Source: Octopus sinensis
Taxonomy: Eukaryota
Length of the DNA: 64,000 nt
Assembly (NCBI RefSeq): GCF_006345805.1
Contig: NC_043000.1
Span: 112,406,001-112,470,000 of the forward strand
Reading direction: 5' to 3'
This document shows, piece after piece, positions 1-14,141 of this stretch; position 1 is the first letter of the stretch, and the number at the start of each line of letters is the position of its first letter. The notes beneath the pieces were generated by a model, which had not been told where the DNA came from, made no database searches, and saw only the letters and a list, made by a program, of their open reading frames with translations. The position numbers and the translations under genes are program-made.

Positions 1-764
1 CCCAAATCAGGAACTCTTTTAACAATTCATTCAGCTGTTACCAGTTTTCTGACCCTCTGTCTTGTGTTGCAAGGGAAAGTTGTGGTGCTCATGGTTTTCC
101 AGGAAGTATGAACAGCATAATTGAATCAGTGTCAATTGAAACCCAAAATGGTTTCAGCTTGCACTTGCTGGAGACTTGGTTGTTTTATTTTTCTTTGTAC
201 CACTTTGTACCATTGAAGGCTACTGAACCATTTGTTTGCTATGAATTTATAGTCAGTCAAATTGACCCCTTCCCCCAATAGATGTCTGGTATTTAACCCT
301 AAAGAGATTGAAACTTGGAATGAAGAGGGAAGACAATAAATATAACAAGATGTTTAGTTTGGCTCTCCACCATTTCTACTGCATTTCTGACTGACTTCTG
401 ATTGAAGAGGAATTGATTAGGTATGGGTCTATATTTCGTATTGTTGAATGCTTAGTGTATTGATCTAGCTGCAGTATATTATTGATACCTTATTGATTGA
501 TCCTAGTGGTCATTTTGTTTGGCGGTTGAAAACTGAAGTCTACCTGTGTGGCAATGATGGTGATGATCTTCCCACCAAAGGCAATGTCTGAAATTTTGTG
601 GCAGGGAGTAAGTTGGTTACACTGACCCTAGTGTTCAATATATATTTATTTCATCAACCCTGGAAATACAAAAGGCAAAGATGATGATGATAATAATAAT
701 AATAATAGTAATTAGAAAATTAATATTTTAAAATCTCACAATGATATTCAGCAGCAGTACTTTC

Positions 765-1038
765 GAGTAAAGATTGTTTGCCAACATAACATAGCAGTCT
801 TGGTTTAGGACGAATGTTGCTGTAATTTAGCCCCAGGATGAAGGGAAATAGCCTGGAAATTGCGATACAGGGATATTGCTTTGAGCTGAGTCGGGGTGCT
901 AGATTCCCTTGTTCGAAAATATAAGGACACAGATTGGATTGTATAGCCAGCTGGAGATGTTTTCTCCTGGGGCTAAATTACAGCAACTTTTGTCCTAAAC
1001 CAGGACTGCCATGTTATGTTAGCAAACAATCTTTACTC
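765..1038. mobile_element. MITE-like element with ~73-bp terminal inverted repeats
   Basis: 765-837 (gagtaaagattgtttgccaac...aatttagccccagg) is the reverse complement of 966-1038 with 5 mismatches. No clear TSD. Confidence 0.75.
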
Positions 1039-1239
1039 CAATAATATTAATAATGATGGTAATTACACTGATAATGATTTTCTAATTTAAGCAGAAGACC
1101 AACAATTTTGAGGGGAAGGGGTTAACATCATTTGTCGTAATTGTAATTTGGGCCATGAGTACTAGACTAACAAAATATATCCCACCAGATTCAAGTGAAG
1201 AAAAGAACTTGTTTTACTTGGATAAGAGTTATCCTTATC

Positions 1240-1700
1240 GTTTCATGTCTGCCTTCCATACTGGCATGGGTGGGACAGTTTGACAGGAGCTGGCCAGGCA
1301 GGAGCCTGCACCAGACTTCTGTAACTGTTTTGGCAGAATTTTTACAGTTGGATACCCTTCCTAACACCAACTACCCAGCAGAGTGGACTGAGTGCTTTTT
1401 GCATGGCACAAGCACAGGCGAGGTCAGTTTTGGCAAGTTTTTTTTACAGCTGAATGCCCTTCCAAATATGCCAACCACTTTACAGTGTAGACTGGATTCT
1501 TATTAAGTGGCACCTGCACTGACAGGGTCACCAAGGCAAAAATCTTTTGAGTGGGGAGGGGGCATTGGAGGAGGTGATCTCATGTCAGATGATGAAAGGC
1601 TATAGTGAGACAGAGAGACCAAAATAGGCTCTTGCTTTAGAGGAAGTACAAGGTTACCTGGCCAGAGAGAGAGAGAAGAAAGAAACAGGTGTGCTGTTGC
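1240..1700 (-). mobile_element. Family-A variant (A') degenerate copy
   Basis: Shared core ggatacccttcctaacaccaac; purine-rich extension similar to 28435-28810 and 52083-52400. Confidence 0.65.
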
Positions 1701-2026
1701 AAACAAAACTGTCCATTGGAAAGAAAACCCAAACAAGAATGCACACGTGGAAGAAGGACTAACTTTCTGGGATGCAACAGGCATGAATACTGTGTTCACA
1801 TGCTAAAAATCTATTGGTGGTCTTATCCCTAATGCTATTGACTCCAGTACATGACTGGTATTTTTTTCATCCTCCACATGGATAAAAAGCAAAAATTTGG
1901 TCAAATTTTGAAAGGTATTGAGCTAGAACAAATACCACAAGGTATTTTTTTTTCTGACATTGACAATTCTGCTTGCTTGTCACCTTTATAGTAATAATAA
2001 TAATAATGATAATAATAATAATACTA

Positions 2027-2230
2027 TAGGCACAAGGCCTGAGGTTTTTTGTTGGGTAAGGGGCTAGTTGAGTAACATTGACCCCTGTGTTCAACTGGTA
2101 CTTATTTTATTGATCTCAAAAGGCTGAAAGGCAAAGTTGATCATGGCAGGATTTGAACTCAGAACATAAAGATGGTTGAAATGCTGCCAAGCATTTTGTC
2201 CAGCATGCTAACAATTCTGCCATCTCCTTG
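2027..2230 (-). mobile_element. Family-C SINE
   Basis: Reverse full-length copy. Confidence 0.8.
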
Positions 2231-2671
2231 CAATAATTATAATAATAATGATGATGATGATTGTAGTAGTAATAATGATGATGGTGCTGTTGTGTAGATT
2301 CTCTTCACTAATTAGTATGTTGACTTGGTTAGTGTGTTAGTTATAAACGACTTTATTCGTGCTTAATTGGTTAATGAGAGAGGCTGGACTACATGAAACC
2401 TGTATTCCTACTAGATTTCATGTTGAATCTTTTGGTTTAGAAATGCATGAGGTACATGGCTAAGATATGGAAGCAACTGAGTGACCAGCCTGTATTTGGA
2501 CTGTAATATTGATTAATAATATAAGACAGGCACCAAGTCATAAATTGTCAATAATCATGTTAACTTGTGGTCTTTGATTTGGTACGGTTTTATCGACTGA
2601 CGAAAGATGAAGTTGACTTTGGTAAGATCCAAGTTTGGAATGTGGAAAAGACATAATTGAATATTACAGAG

Positions 2672-2938
2672 CTGGAAATTGCAGTTGATACCAGTGCCGG
2701 TGGCATGTAAAAGAACCATCCGAATGTGGCCGTTGCCAGCTTCCCCTGGCACCTGTGCCGGTGGCACGTAAAAAGCACCCACTACACTCCCAGAGTGGTA
2801 GGCATTAAGAATGGCATCCAGCTGTAGAAACACTGCCAGATCAGACTGGGCCTGGTGCAGCCTTCTGGCTTCCCAGACCCCAGTCGAACTGTCCAACCCA
2901 TGCTAGCATGGAAAGCGGATGTTAAACGATGATGATGA
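2672..2938 (+). mobile_element. Family-A non-autonomous retroelement (tail gttaaacgatgatgat)
   Basis: More than 15 related copies in the window share ttaggaagggcatccagctgtagaaa and a (GAT)n tail. Confidence 0.85.
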
Positions 2939-4078
2939 CTTTGTTTTATGCGCTGTTGATTTGGTCTCTTCACCACCCTCCTTTGCTCCCTCCTGGGACA
3001 GAACATTTCTACTCTAAATGTCATTTCTTTGCCACGGTGTTATATATGCATGGCTATTCAATTTCTGTTCCTAATTTTAGCAAAGTGTTGGTAGGGGTCT
3101 GTGATGATTTTTATAAATAAACATCCTGTAGTGGCCCTGTTGTAGGTTAGTCCCAGGTCCTTTTCTGATCCAGCTATGACCTTTCTAAATTTTTCCCTAA
3201 GCACAGCTGTGTGTTGTGTGGCTTCAGGTTCAATCTCACTCCACAGTATCTTGGGGAAGTGTTTTCTATTGTAACCCTGGGCTGACTGATACTTTGCAAG
3301 TGAATTTTTTAGATGGAAACTGTAGGAAGCTCATCATGTGTATGCTGATATTTTGTTTGTAACAGTTTGTGGTGAAATGGCGTTGATGTTTACACTCCTT
3401 GTTAACATTACAGCAGGTCATTGTATTTTCAGAGATCTGAAGAATATAAAATCTCTACTTGAAATATAGGTAAGAGTTGGTGACAGGAAGGGCACCAAAA
3501 TGTATAATAACTCCTTGTCCAAGCCTGTATATTATGTTGTCTAATTTGGGCATATCCAGTTTGTCTTTTTTATTTTTTTTTTTAAGATAGCAGAGTGTGA
3601 TTTGAGGGATATTTTGGCTGCAATTTCTCAACTTGTCCTGTGAAGCTGTAGAGACACCTTCATTGACTCAGAGCTCCCCTGTTCAACTAAGGAGTCAAAA
3701 GCAGTTAAGATAATGTGCCTACCTCTATCTAGGAGTAAATGAATAATGCAGTGATAGTGTCACCTTATGTCAGTAGCTTACGAGCTTGAGCCAAGCAAAA
3801 ACGAAAAACCAATCAGGAAAATATTACTAATGTGTTTGAAATAATTAATTGAATAGAGTAACTTTATGACCTTCATACTCACTACTCCTAAAACCATTGC
3901 AGTTGCTCGAAACTTGGTGTGCACCATTCTTCTTGGAGCATCAGAAGAATCTGCAAGTAACCATCCGTCATTTTTTTATGTTGGATATTTTTTTTGTCTT
4001 GATTGAAGGTTTTCTCATCATGGATCAAATGGTTTTCTTATGTTTTTGCATCACCAGAGGCTTGATGTTACTTTAGAA

Positions 4079-4280
4079 CAGGGGTCCCCTGACTTTTTAG
4101 ACCATCGACCCTTTCATGGAATGCTTGAACCCTCATTGACCCCACCCCCAGGCATGTACAAGAAATAAATAATAGTAATAGTAATAATAATAATAATGTA
4201 GATGTGCATTTATCGACCCCTTGAATAGTCCCATTGCCCCCCTCCCCAGGGGTCGATATTGACCACTTTGGAGACCCCTG
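4079..4280. mobile_element. Non-autonomous hAT (Charlie-like) MITE
   Basis: TIR CAGGGGTC...GACCCCTG; 8-bp flanks ctttagaa / ctctagag resemble the NTCTAGAN Charlie target. Confidence 0.8.
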
Positions 4281-4878
4281 CTCTAGAGGATGCTGAGGGG
4301 CTGGCACGGGACCACCAGTTATGGAGTGGTCACTGGTGTATCTGGTTGGCTTTATGCATGATGATACTTGTGGGACCATTGAGATGGGATTACCCCAGCT
4401 CCATAGAGCAGAGAGAGAGGGGTATATGAATTGTGATGTTTATGCCGTTCTAAAAAGAATTGCCATATGTTATACTAGTTCTACTGGTTATTGACTCACA
4501 GACATTGTTTGCAGGATTTCTTGTAAGTATGTGTACAGTACTTAATTAGTTGATGAAGAAAGAGAACAAAAAGGTCTGCTGTGGTGCACAGTTATTGTGA
4601 TAGGTTATTATGTAGTGGCAGTAGATTCAGTGGCGGTGGTGTTGGTGGTAGTAGTGGGTTGTTGTGAGATGAAGAATTTGCATCCAGTCTCCAAGGATTC
4701 ACCTCCGCATTGGCATCTGTTCTCTTGTAATCTGTCTAACTTGTGTCTAACTAGAAAAGTTGTTTGTTGTCTTTCTAAACTGGCTGCCAAGATGGAGAAA
4801 TTATTACTGTTTACTTCAAACTCCATCTGTCTTCCGGTTGGTCAGATTACATTGTGATATCCCTGATGTATTCCAACC

Positions 4879-5162
4879 TATGTATGTATATATGTGTCTA
4901 CATGTATCCATGTTTGTATATGTATGTACTGTATGTATGTATTTATATGTATCTATATATATGTGTGTGTGTATATATGTTTATATGTCTGTATATATAT
5001 TGGTATATGTAAGTGTATATATAGATGTGTATGTATATGTATTTATATATACAAGTGTTTATGTATGTATGTATATATATTATTTACAGACATATGTGTA
5101 TATATCTGTTTATATGTGAATGTATATAAATGTGTGTGTATGTATATATGTATTTAGTGTGT
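4879..5162. repeat. Degenerate TA/TG compound microsatellite
   Basis: Direct inspection. Confidence 0.9.
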
Positions 5163-6263
5163 AAATTTTTAACTGTAACATCCATCTTGTCAAAAGATAA
5201 ACCGGTTCTCTAAACTGAAGCATTTCTCTGAATGACTATTTCCACCTACAGGACAACTGTTGGTCGACCCATCTCTTGTCTCCAATTAATACACATGTCC
5301 TTGTCACCCAGTGTCATCACTAGACATGTCTTGTGTCTCCCTGTTTTTACCTCTCACTCTATATTCACTCTTCTCCTCTCCTTGTCATTTCCTCCACCAC
5401 AATCCCATACTTAATATTTTTACAGTTGTTCTTCTCCAGAGCCACACCTATCCTTAATTTAACCAAAACAATGATATACAAGTTGTCTGATAGTCCACAG
5501 AGAAACCCAAAGTATAAACATAATTAATGAGAGAAAACCATCGAGGATTTGAGTCAGCAGAGACCATCGTTTTAGTTGGAGTAAATACAGTTCTCAGAAA
5601 GAAGTGGGGAAAGGGCCAATGTTTTGTGCTACAGACTTCTTGTTATGGGAGGAAACATTATTTTTGTGATGTGGATGAATTAACTGTTACACTTTGATAT
5701 AAGAGTCCATGTTCACATGAAGCTTTTTGGTCCTCTACATCTGCGAAGGCCGGATGTGTGGGGTGGGCTGTTAATTAATAGTTTATTCTTAGGTTTTTGT
5801 GACTTCTCAGATAACTGCCCCCACATAGACATGGCCTTCAAAGCTCCAGTGGACTAAATACTTCATGTAAATACCATATTTATTTGTATAATGTGTGAAG
5901 TTTGATATAAATATTGGTCTTAAAGTTGCTGGGTAGCATTTGACTTCATCATTTCACAACCATTTTTTCATGCTTGCCTGGGTCGGATTGAACTTCTTGA
6001 AGTTTTTCTGCGACCAGATGTCCTTCCTGTTACCAAATCCTTGCTGTTTCTAAGGAAGCTATTTGCTCCTGGTCAGACATGCTTTTCATGGGAGACTGGA
6101 AACAAATGAGCTCACTTGCAGGCTGGGGATGCTCATTTACAACCATTGTGTGATATCTTGACAAGGGTACTCGCAAGCAAATACGTGCAAATGCATACCT
6201 GAGTGTGCGTGCATGTATGTGCATGAGTGTGTGTGCATGTGTGGATATGTGTATGCGCCTGCC

Positions 6264-6297
<34 letters not shown>

Positions 6298-6301
<4 letters not shown>

Positions 6302-6458
6302 AGGCTTCTTTCAGTTTCTGTCTATCATATCCATTCCACTCACATGACCTTGGTCAACCCATGGTCATAGCAGAAGACATTTGCCCAGGGTGCTACACAC
6401 TGGGACTGAACCCAGGATCACATGGTTGGGAAGCAAGCTTCGCAGCCACACAGCTCAC
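6298..6458 (-). mobile_element. Family-B SINE 5' part
   Basis: Reverse complement of the head and body up to gaaactgaaagaagcc. Confidence 0.8.
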
Positions 6459-7024
6459 TTCAGTGTAAACATAAAAAAGATAATACATATTACTAGTTTT
6501 TAAGTGCAAAAGTTGTGGGAGTGCATTGTATTTGTGACGATGTTGTAGTTTTTTTTCCATTTCCTGAGTGCAGAGGAAGGGGCAGTGGCCATGACATTTT
6601 GCAGACTCTCTGAGAGTGGTGAGCTTGGTGTTGTTATTGGTCCTGTATTTAAACTGTTGCATGTTGAACACTAGCAGGGAGAAGATTTCCAGAGGGATTG
6701 ATGCTATGGAGAGGAAAGATTGGGATATGATAGTTAATGCAGGGCTGCACTCATTAAATATGGTATATGGAATTAGCTTACACTTTGGTTGTTATAAGTT
6801 AAATCCATGTTTACATGATGGTCATGTGTGGGTGGGTAGAAGTAAGGCCACAGGATGACTTCATAGTGAATGGAGTAAATACTGTATCGTTTAATTAAAC
6901 TGCAATTTTGTTACTTAGCTCCAGATTAACCCCAATCAGAAGCATTCCAGCCATGACCTTCATAGATTGCATTGTCCAATGTACTCAATTTTTATGTTTT
7001 TAAAGATGATGGTGTGTGATTTAA

Positions 7025-7242
7025 CTCTTTTGTTACTGTATTTATTTTGAGATGCTCTGTGTTTCTTTCAATTACTTTAAATATAACAAATAATTTAGTA
7101 AAATAACTTATCATTCAGCTAGTGTTAGGAACATAAATTGTGACTAAGGTTTGGTGGAAGATTTTAATTCAAAACTTATGAAAACAAGACATTTGTACTA
7201 CAGAGCCAGAGGTGGGTTCAGCTGGGTTGGTATTGAATGGGA
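7025..7242. mobile_element. piggyBac-like MITE family 1, nested in an older interspersed repeat
   Basis: TTAA on both sides (7021-24, 7243-46); near-identical to 35946-36169. Confidence 0.75.
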
Positions 7243-7639
7243 TTAAGTGACATTTGGCTGCTGTTTCCAGTAGGTTCTTTCTCTGTCATTTTGCCATAAA
7301 TTTATTTATTGAAGGAAGATGGCAAAGTTGATTATAGTGGGATTTGAACCTGAGATCAGTTTATCTTTGGAAGTTGATTTCCTCCAAATGTCAGGTTGGT
7401 TGGTTGGTTGGTTGTTGTTTCATGTCAGTCCTGACTGAGCAAATTTGTGAATCTGCTTCAATGCTGGTAGTCTACATTTGTCTCTGTTTGAGTAGAGATG
7501 TTGACATTATGACCAATTGCTCTGCTCTTTCAGAGACCTTTGGAAGAAAGAAATCCCTTTCTTGGAAAACTATAAAGAATTGGCAAAGAGAAGAGTGTCC
7601 AGCTGTAAAATTGTTCCCTCAAATAATTCTGTGTCCAAT

Positions 7640-7880
7640 CATTATCATCATCATTTAATGTTTACTTGTCCATGCTTGCCTGGGTCAGATGGGATTTGTT
7701 GAGGCAGATTTTTCTCCAGCTGGGTGCCCTTCCTGTCCACAACCCTCACCTGTTTCCAAGCAAGGTGATATTTCCCCATGACTGAACATATTTTCCATCG
7801 AAGACTGGAGTTTGTGCAACCTCACTTGTATGACAGCAATGCTCATATACAGCTATCAAGTGATGTCTAGACAAACATGT
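7640..7880 (-). mobile_element. Family-F repeat (A-type core and tail, different 5' part); other copies near 5945-6170 (-), 37015-37135 (+), 41865-42065 (+)
   Basis: gcccttcctgtc..caaccctcacctgtttccaagcaaggt..atttcccc is shared among the copies. Confidence 0.7.
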
Positions 7881-8082
7881 ACATACACACGTGTGTGTGT
7901 GATGGGCTTCTTTCAGTTTCCATCTATCAGATCTACTTACAAGCTTTGGTCAACCTGTAGGTATATATAGAAGACACCATGCAATGGAACTGAGCCCAAG
8001 ACCGCATGGTTAGAAATTAAGCTTCTTATCCAACTTGTACCTATGTGGGGTATTTAACCTCTTTTTCTAACAAACCAAGGGA

Positions 8083-8124
8083 TGACATGAGGCTCACCTG
8101 TTGACATGAGGCTCACCTGTTGAC
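8083..8124. repeat. 19-bp perfect tandem duplication
   Basis: tgacatgaggctcacctgt twice, plus tgac. Confidence 0.9.
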
Positions 8125-8229
8125 TGAGCTGTAGTATCTGTCCTGATACTTCTCTCTTGTTCACCTGTACCTTACACTACCTTCAGGTGTGGTATGGCTG
8201 TTTCCTGCACCAGCTTCACATAGAAGCCC

Positions 8230-8672
8230 CAGCCCATCCAAAGTGCCTTGAATCGCAGGACGGCCTGCTGTACTTACCTTGGATCGTAGGGCGACCTGCT
8301 GTGCTTGAGGAAACCTATTGAGTCAAGTACATCAGCATCAAAAAATCAAATGGAAATTGTAGTTGTGGCACATAAAAAGCACCATCCGAACATGGCTGAT
8401 GCCAGCGCCACATTGACTGGCTTCTGTGCCGGTGGCATGTAGAAAGCTCCAACTGATCGTGGCTGTTGCCAGCCCCCCCTGACAGCTGTGCTGGTGGCAT
8501 GTAAAAAGCACCCACTACACTCACGGAGTGGTTGGCATTAGGAAGGGCATCCAATTGTAGAAACACTGCCAGATCAGACTGGAGCCTGGTGCAGCTTCCT
8601 GGCTTCCCAGACCCTGTCAAACTGTCCAACCCATGCTAGCATGGAAAACGGACGTTAAACGATGATGATGAT
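8230..8672 (+). mobile_element. Family-A copy with the longest 5' extension
   Basis: Modules gtggcacataaaaagcacc, shared core, (GAT)n tail. Confidence 0.85.
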
Positions 8673-9849
8673 ATTCTTTTTGTGGTTTCAGTCATGGGAC
8701 TGTGGTCATGCTGGATCACTGCTTTATACTCTATAGTGTCCAATCCCTTTCCCATTATTGCACTCCCTCTCTACCTTTTCTCCTTGCACTCCCCCTCTTT
8801 TCTAATTACAATTTCACAATATTCCAACTATATCTTGTCTCCTTTTGAATTTATGACTAGCATGGACATCTTTTGCTCTTGGCTTCTCTCTCTTTATCTC
8901 TGTGTATATAGCGATATAGGTGTGGTAACCCGAATTACTGCAATGGGGTGTCTTGCGTGAGATTGTGATACGGGGTAGCTTATGGGATGTATTGATATAG
9001 GCTAGCCTCTGTCTCCCGGTGTGACACAGAAGAGGGAATTTTGCAGTAATGATTTTGGGGTCATTGCATGTAAAACAGTGGATTGGTTGCTGCTGTGTGA
9101 GATGGAGTGGGCGGCATGCGTTATGGGGCTTTTATGGGAGTTAGGAGAGAACAACATATTTGTTACGTTAGAACATGTTTGTTATTTATCATTAAAATAT
9201 TTAGATAGGAATGTCAGAACTTTAACACTTGCAGATGAATACACAGATGCACATGTACACATGCATAAATTCATATGCGCATATATGCATATGTATGCTC
9301 ATACGTACATATGTACGTACAACCATCTGTATAAACTTGGTATTTAGTGCTTTCATGCATTTATTCTCTTTTGAAATTATGGTTGAATTATTCTGTTATT
9401 TATATTTAATTTCTCAAAAATTAAGTAAAAAAAAAAGCAGGAAAAACAATCCAGAATCCTTGTCCAGTACTGGATTGATCCCAAAATCTAATCAGTTCAT
9501 GCCAGTCACAAGGCCAAACATCCCTGAAAGCTTCATCCAAATCCATCCTACAGTTCTTGAGATATCTTGTCCACGGACAAACAAACACGACTGAAAACAA
9601 TACCTCCACCTTTGCAAAGGCAGAGTTAACGAGGTTATTTGGGTTATAATATAACTAATAAATGTTAGGATATGTTGTATGGGTTATAAACTGATTAATG
9701 TTAAGTTATCTGGATTATGATGTTGTAAGAGGCTAGTGTTAGTATGGGTTATCTGGATTATAATATAACTGACAAATGTTAGTATTTGTTGCATAGAATG
9801 TAATATAAACAGATTATCGTTGCATTGCAGAATCGTTAGAAGGTCAAGA

Positions 9850-10030
9850 TGGACAAAATGCTTAGCAGCATTTTGCTCAGCATTCCGAGTTCAAATCCCA
9901 CTGAGGCTGACTTTTACCTTTCATCCCTTTTGGCAGTTGATATCACAAGTACCAGTTGAGCACTGGGGTCAATTTAATCGACTTACTCCCCTCCCCTAAA
10001 ACTGCTGGCCCTGTGCCAAAATTCGAAACT
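9850..10030 (+). mobile_element. Family-C SINE
   Basis: gagttcaaatcccactgagg...cctttcatccc...taccagttgagcactggggtc. Confidence 0.75.
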
Positions 10031-10244
10031 ATTGTTTCAGGTATTTTGATGGAACAGTTGTTATTTTGACTGTAATTTTGGATGCATATGGATCTGTTAA
10101 CTCTTCTTCCACCACGTCAAGTGGCTCTTCAGCTTGTCATCTTTCTCCCCCCCCTCTCTCTCTCTCTCTAAAACCTATGAGATATATTTAGTTCTTCTCT
10201 TCCACCATTCTCAGTTTCAACCCCATCTTAGATTCCCTCCCCCG

Positions 10245-10293
10245 CACATCACTGTGGAACACACATCACTCTGGAACACACATCACTCTGGAA
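10245..10293. repeat. 17-bp tandem repeat, about 3 copies
   Basis: cacatcactctggaaca units at 10245, 10262 and 10279. Confidence 0.9.
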
Positions 10294-11444
10294 TCTCACT
10301 TCCCAGCCTTTTTTTTATATTTTTCTTCTTTTTCTTCTGCCATGTGTTTAGGTAATAAATAGTAAGGTGAGGTCACACACTGACCTCGTCTTGTTGTTCA
10401 CATTAGCTCAGCTCAGTCTAAGATGACCTGACAGTATTGCGGGTTCTCTTCCTTCCTCACCACACCAATAACGATACACCATAAAACATCTACGTTGCTG
10501 CTGTCTGCTTTAATTCTACGTTCTTTGGTCCATTTCTATATAATATTGATTTGTAACTTTGGCATACAGCCTCGTGTGTGTGTGTGTGTATGTATGTATA
10601 TATATATGTATATTTATATAAATATTGATTTTTAACTTTAACACAAGGCTCTCAAATTTATAGGGAAGGTTGTAGTTGAGGGAAGTGACCCAGTATGCTA
10701 CTGGTACTCATTTTCTTGACCCAGGAAAAATTAAAACGGACAGTTCTGGCAGAATTTGATTATGAAATTCTCATATTCTGTCGTTCTGTTGCTTGTTTTA
10801 TTTTATTATTGTTAAATAATTATACCTTAATTGGGTTATATAAATACACATAACTGGCACTTGTAGTTTAATAGGAATGTGTGTGTGTATCTGTTTAACT
10901 CGCATATAACTGGTACTTTCAGTTTAATAGAGGTGTATATGTATAGTAAATGCTTAATTGGTAATTTATTTCAATTGGAACAGTGAAAGTGAAATTGATT
11001 CTGTTTTAATTGTTGAGGGTTGAAAAATAATATCCAACCTTCTGGTGCAATTTATATGCAAGCTGTAAGATGTGATGGGGATTTGACTGCTATATCTAGC
11101 AGGTTGTTAGTGTGTAGAGGATTTTAAAAAATTTAATGTGGTCAAGGCTGGAGTGTCTGTTGTCATAGTTTTTGTTCAGGTCTAACTTGTGGGCTAAACC
11201 ACATTTCAAAGTAGAAATGTAAGACATGTTATTTGTTAATGTTTATTACAACATAGAACATTAAAAACCTGAATAAAATGTTAGACAGTGACTAAGACTA
11301 TCTTGATTCTTGAGTAAGCATGGGAAACAACTTTGGTCATGTTTCAGTCTTATTACCTCATCAGTGAAATATAGAATTCATGATACTTATTGAAGTAGGG
11401 GTGAGGAAATCACTATGTAAATGTACAGTATTTTTTCTAATTTT

Positions 11445-11645
11445 GCTCAAGGCCAGCAGTTCTTGAGGGAGGTGGGGTAAGTTCATTCTATTGACCCCAC
11501 CATTTGATTGGTACTTCTTTTATCAGCCCCAGAAGGATGAAAGGAAAGTCAGCCTTGATGGAATTTGAACCCAGGACCTAATGAGTCAAGAAATATTGCA
11601 GAGCATCTTTTTCACTGGTATCTCAATAATTCTGCCGATTCACAG
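11445..11645 (-). mobile_element. Family-C SINE (degenerate)
   Basis: aaggatgaaagg...ggaatttgaac. Confidence 0.7.
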
Positions 11646-12444
11646 CCTCAATAAATGTATGGAATTATTTGTTGGTTGGCGAAGAAAAATTTCCAAAGAA
11701 TAAATTACTCGTAGATGCCATCTGCATGATAAAACAATAGTTAAGTTAATGTCAATATACTTAATGTATGGAGCATAAAAGAAAGAAAGAAAGAAAAAAA
11801 AACTAACCAGTAAGAAAACAAAATTATGCGATGAGGAAAGAATATTTGTCATGGGTTGATATTAAATATTATTTTGCTCTGATGTCCTATCATATATATC
11901 AGGCTGCTTTGTTACAATGACAACAGCAATATTAATGATATTGATTGAAGCATTTTGATCTTGGCTGTAATTCCAAGTCTGGTGGCATTAGCATCAAACT
12001 CGGGTTAGCCCTTCCCCGTCTGCTCTACCCATGGTCTGGGTCCTGTCATTAACTGACAACTATAATCTACTTGTCGCTAAATGTTTTTTTTTTTCCAAAT
12101 TCTTTTTTTAATTTCATTAATAACGCAGTTTTGCTCAAAGAACTACAGGCAGCAACAACAACAACAACTGCTATTAGTGCAAGTAATGCGACACCTGATG
12201 AATCATGGTATTGGCTGTGCTGGTTGCTTGCATCTTCTCTCCTTCTCTCTCTCTCTCTTTCTCATATGTTGGTTATGTCTACCTCAGTCTACCATGAAAA
12301 TCTTTTCTCGTGTCACTATGTTCCCATTACAAAAGGCTTCCATTCCTGCTGTTCTATAAACCCCTTCCCTGCTTTGATCTTACGTATGTATCTATTGATT
12401 CTTTCTTAGCTCTCTATCTATATCTCACTCCCTATCTGTACACT

Positions 12445-12484
12445 TGTGTATGCGTGTGTATGTATGTATGTGTGTGTGTGTATG

Positions 12485-12522
<38 letters not shown>

Positions 12523-14109
12523 GTGTGCGCGCATGTATATTCGTGTGCTTGTATATATCTATATGTATATATACATGTGTATATTTATATGTATGTATAT
12601 TTATATGTATGTATATATATATATGCATGTGTATATATATGTATATATATATATGTATGTGTATATATATGTATATTATATATATGTATATATATATATG
12701 TAATATATATGTATATATATATGTATATATTATATGTATATATATATGTATATATATATGTTGTATATATATGTATATATATATATGTATATATATATGT
12801 GTATATATATGTATATATATATGTGTATAATATATGTGTATATATATATGTGTATATAATATGTGTATATATATGTGTATATATATGTGTATATATATAT
12901 ATGTGTATATATATGTGTTATATATGTGTGTATATATATATATATGTATATATATGTTGTATATATATGTATATATATATGTGATATATATATGTGTATA
13001 TATGTGTATATATATGTGTATATATGTGTGTATATATATGTGTGTATATATATGTGTATATATATATGTGTATATATATTGTGTATATATATATGTGTAT
13101 ATTATATGTATATATATATATGTGTATATATATGTATATATGTATATATAGTGTATATATATATATGTATATATGTATGTATATATGTATGTATATATGT
13201 GTATATATATATGTATATATATGTTATATATGTGTATATATGTGTATATATATGTGTATATATATGTGTGTATATATATGTGTATATATATATATGTGTA
13301 TATATATATGTGTGTATATATATGTGTATATATATGTGTGTATATATGTGTATATATATATGTGTATATATATATGTGTGTATATATATGTGTGTATATA
13401 TATATGTGTGTATATATATATGTGTATATATATATATGTGTATATATATATGTGTATATATATATGTGTATATGTATGTATATATATGTGTATATATATA
13501 TGTATGTATATATATGTGTATATATGTATGTATATATATGTGTATATATATATGTATGTATATATATGTATATATATGTGTATATATATGCATATATATG
13601 TGTATATATGTATATATATGTGTGTATATGTATGCATATATATGTGTATATGTATGCATATGTATATGTATGCATATGTATATGTATATGTATGCATATG
13701 TATATGTATATGTATGCATATATATATGTATATGTATGCATATATATATGTATATGTATGCATGTATATATGTATATGTATGCATGTATATATGTATATG
13801 TATGCATGTATATATGTATATGTATGCATGTATATATGTATATGTATGCATGTATATATGTATATGTATGCATGTATATATGTATATGTATGCATGTATA
13901 TATGTATATGTATGCATGTATATGTATGCATGTATATATATGCATGTATATGTATATGTATGCATGTATATATATGCATGTATATGTATATGTATGCATG
14001 TATATATATGCATGTATATGTATATATATGCATGTGTATATATATATGCATATATATATATGTGTGTGTGTGTTTGTATATAAGTGTCTATATATGTGTG
14101 TATACATAA

Positions 14110-14141
<32 letters not shown>

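Noticed and set aside
12190-12202. gacacctgatgaa, identical to the D-family hammerhead 5' strand
   Set aside because: No stem II or GAAA follows; a chance 13-mer or tiny relic.
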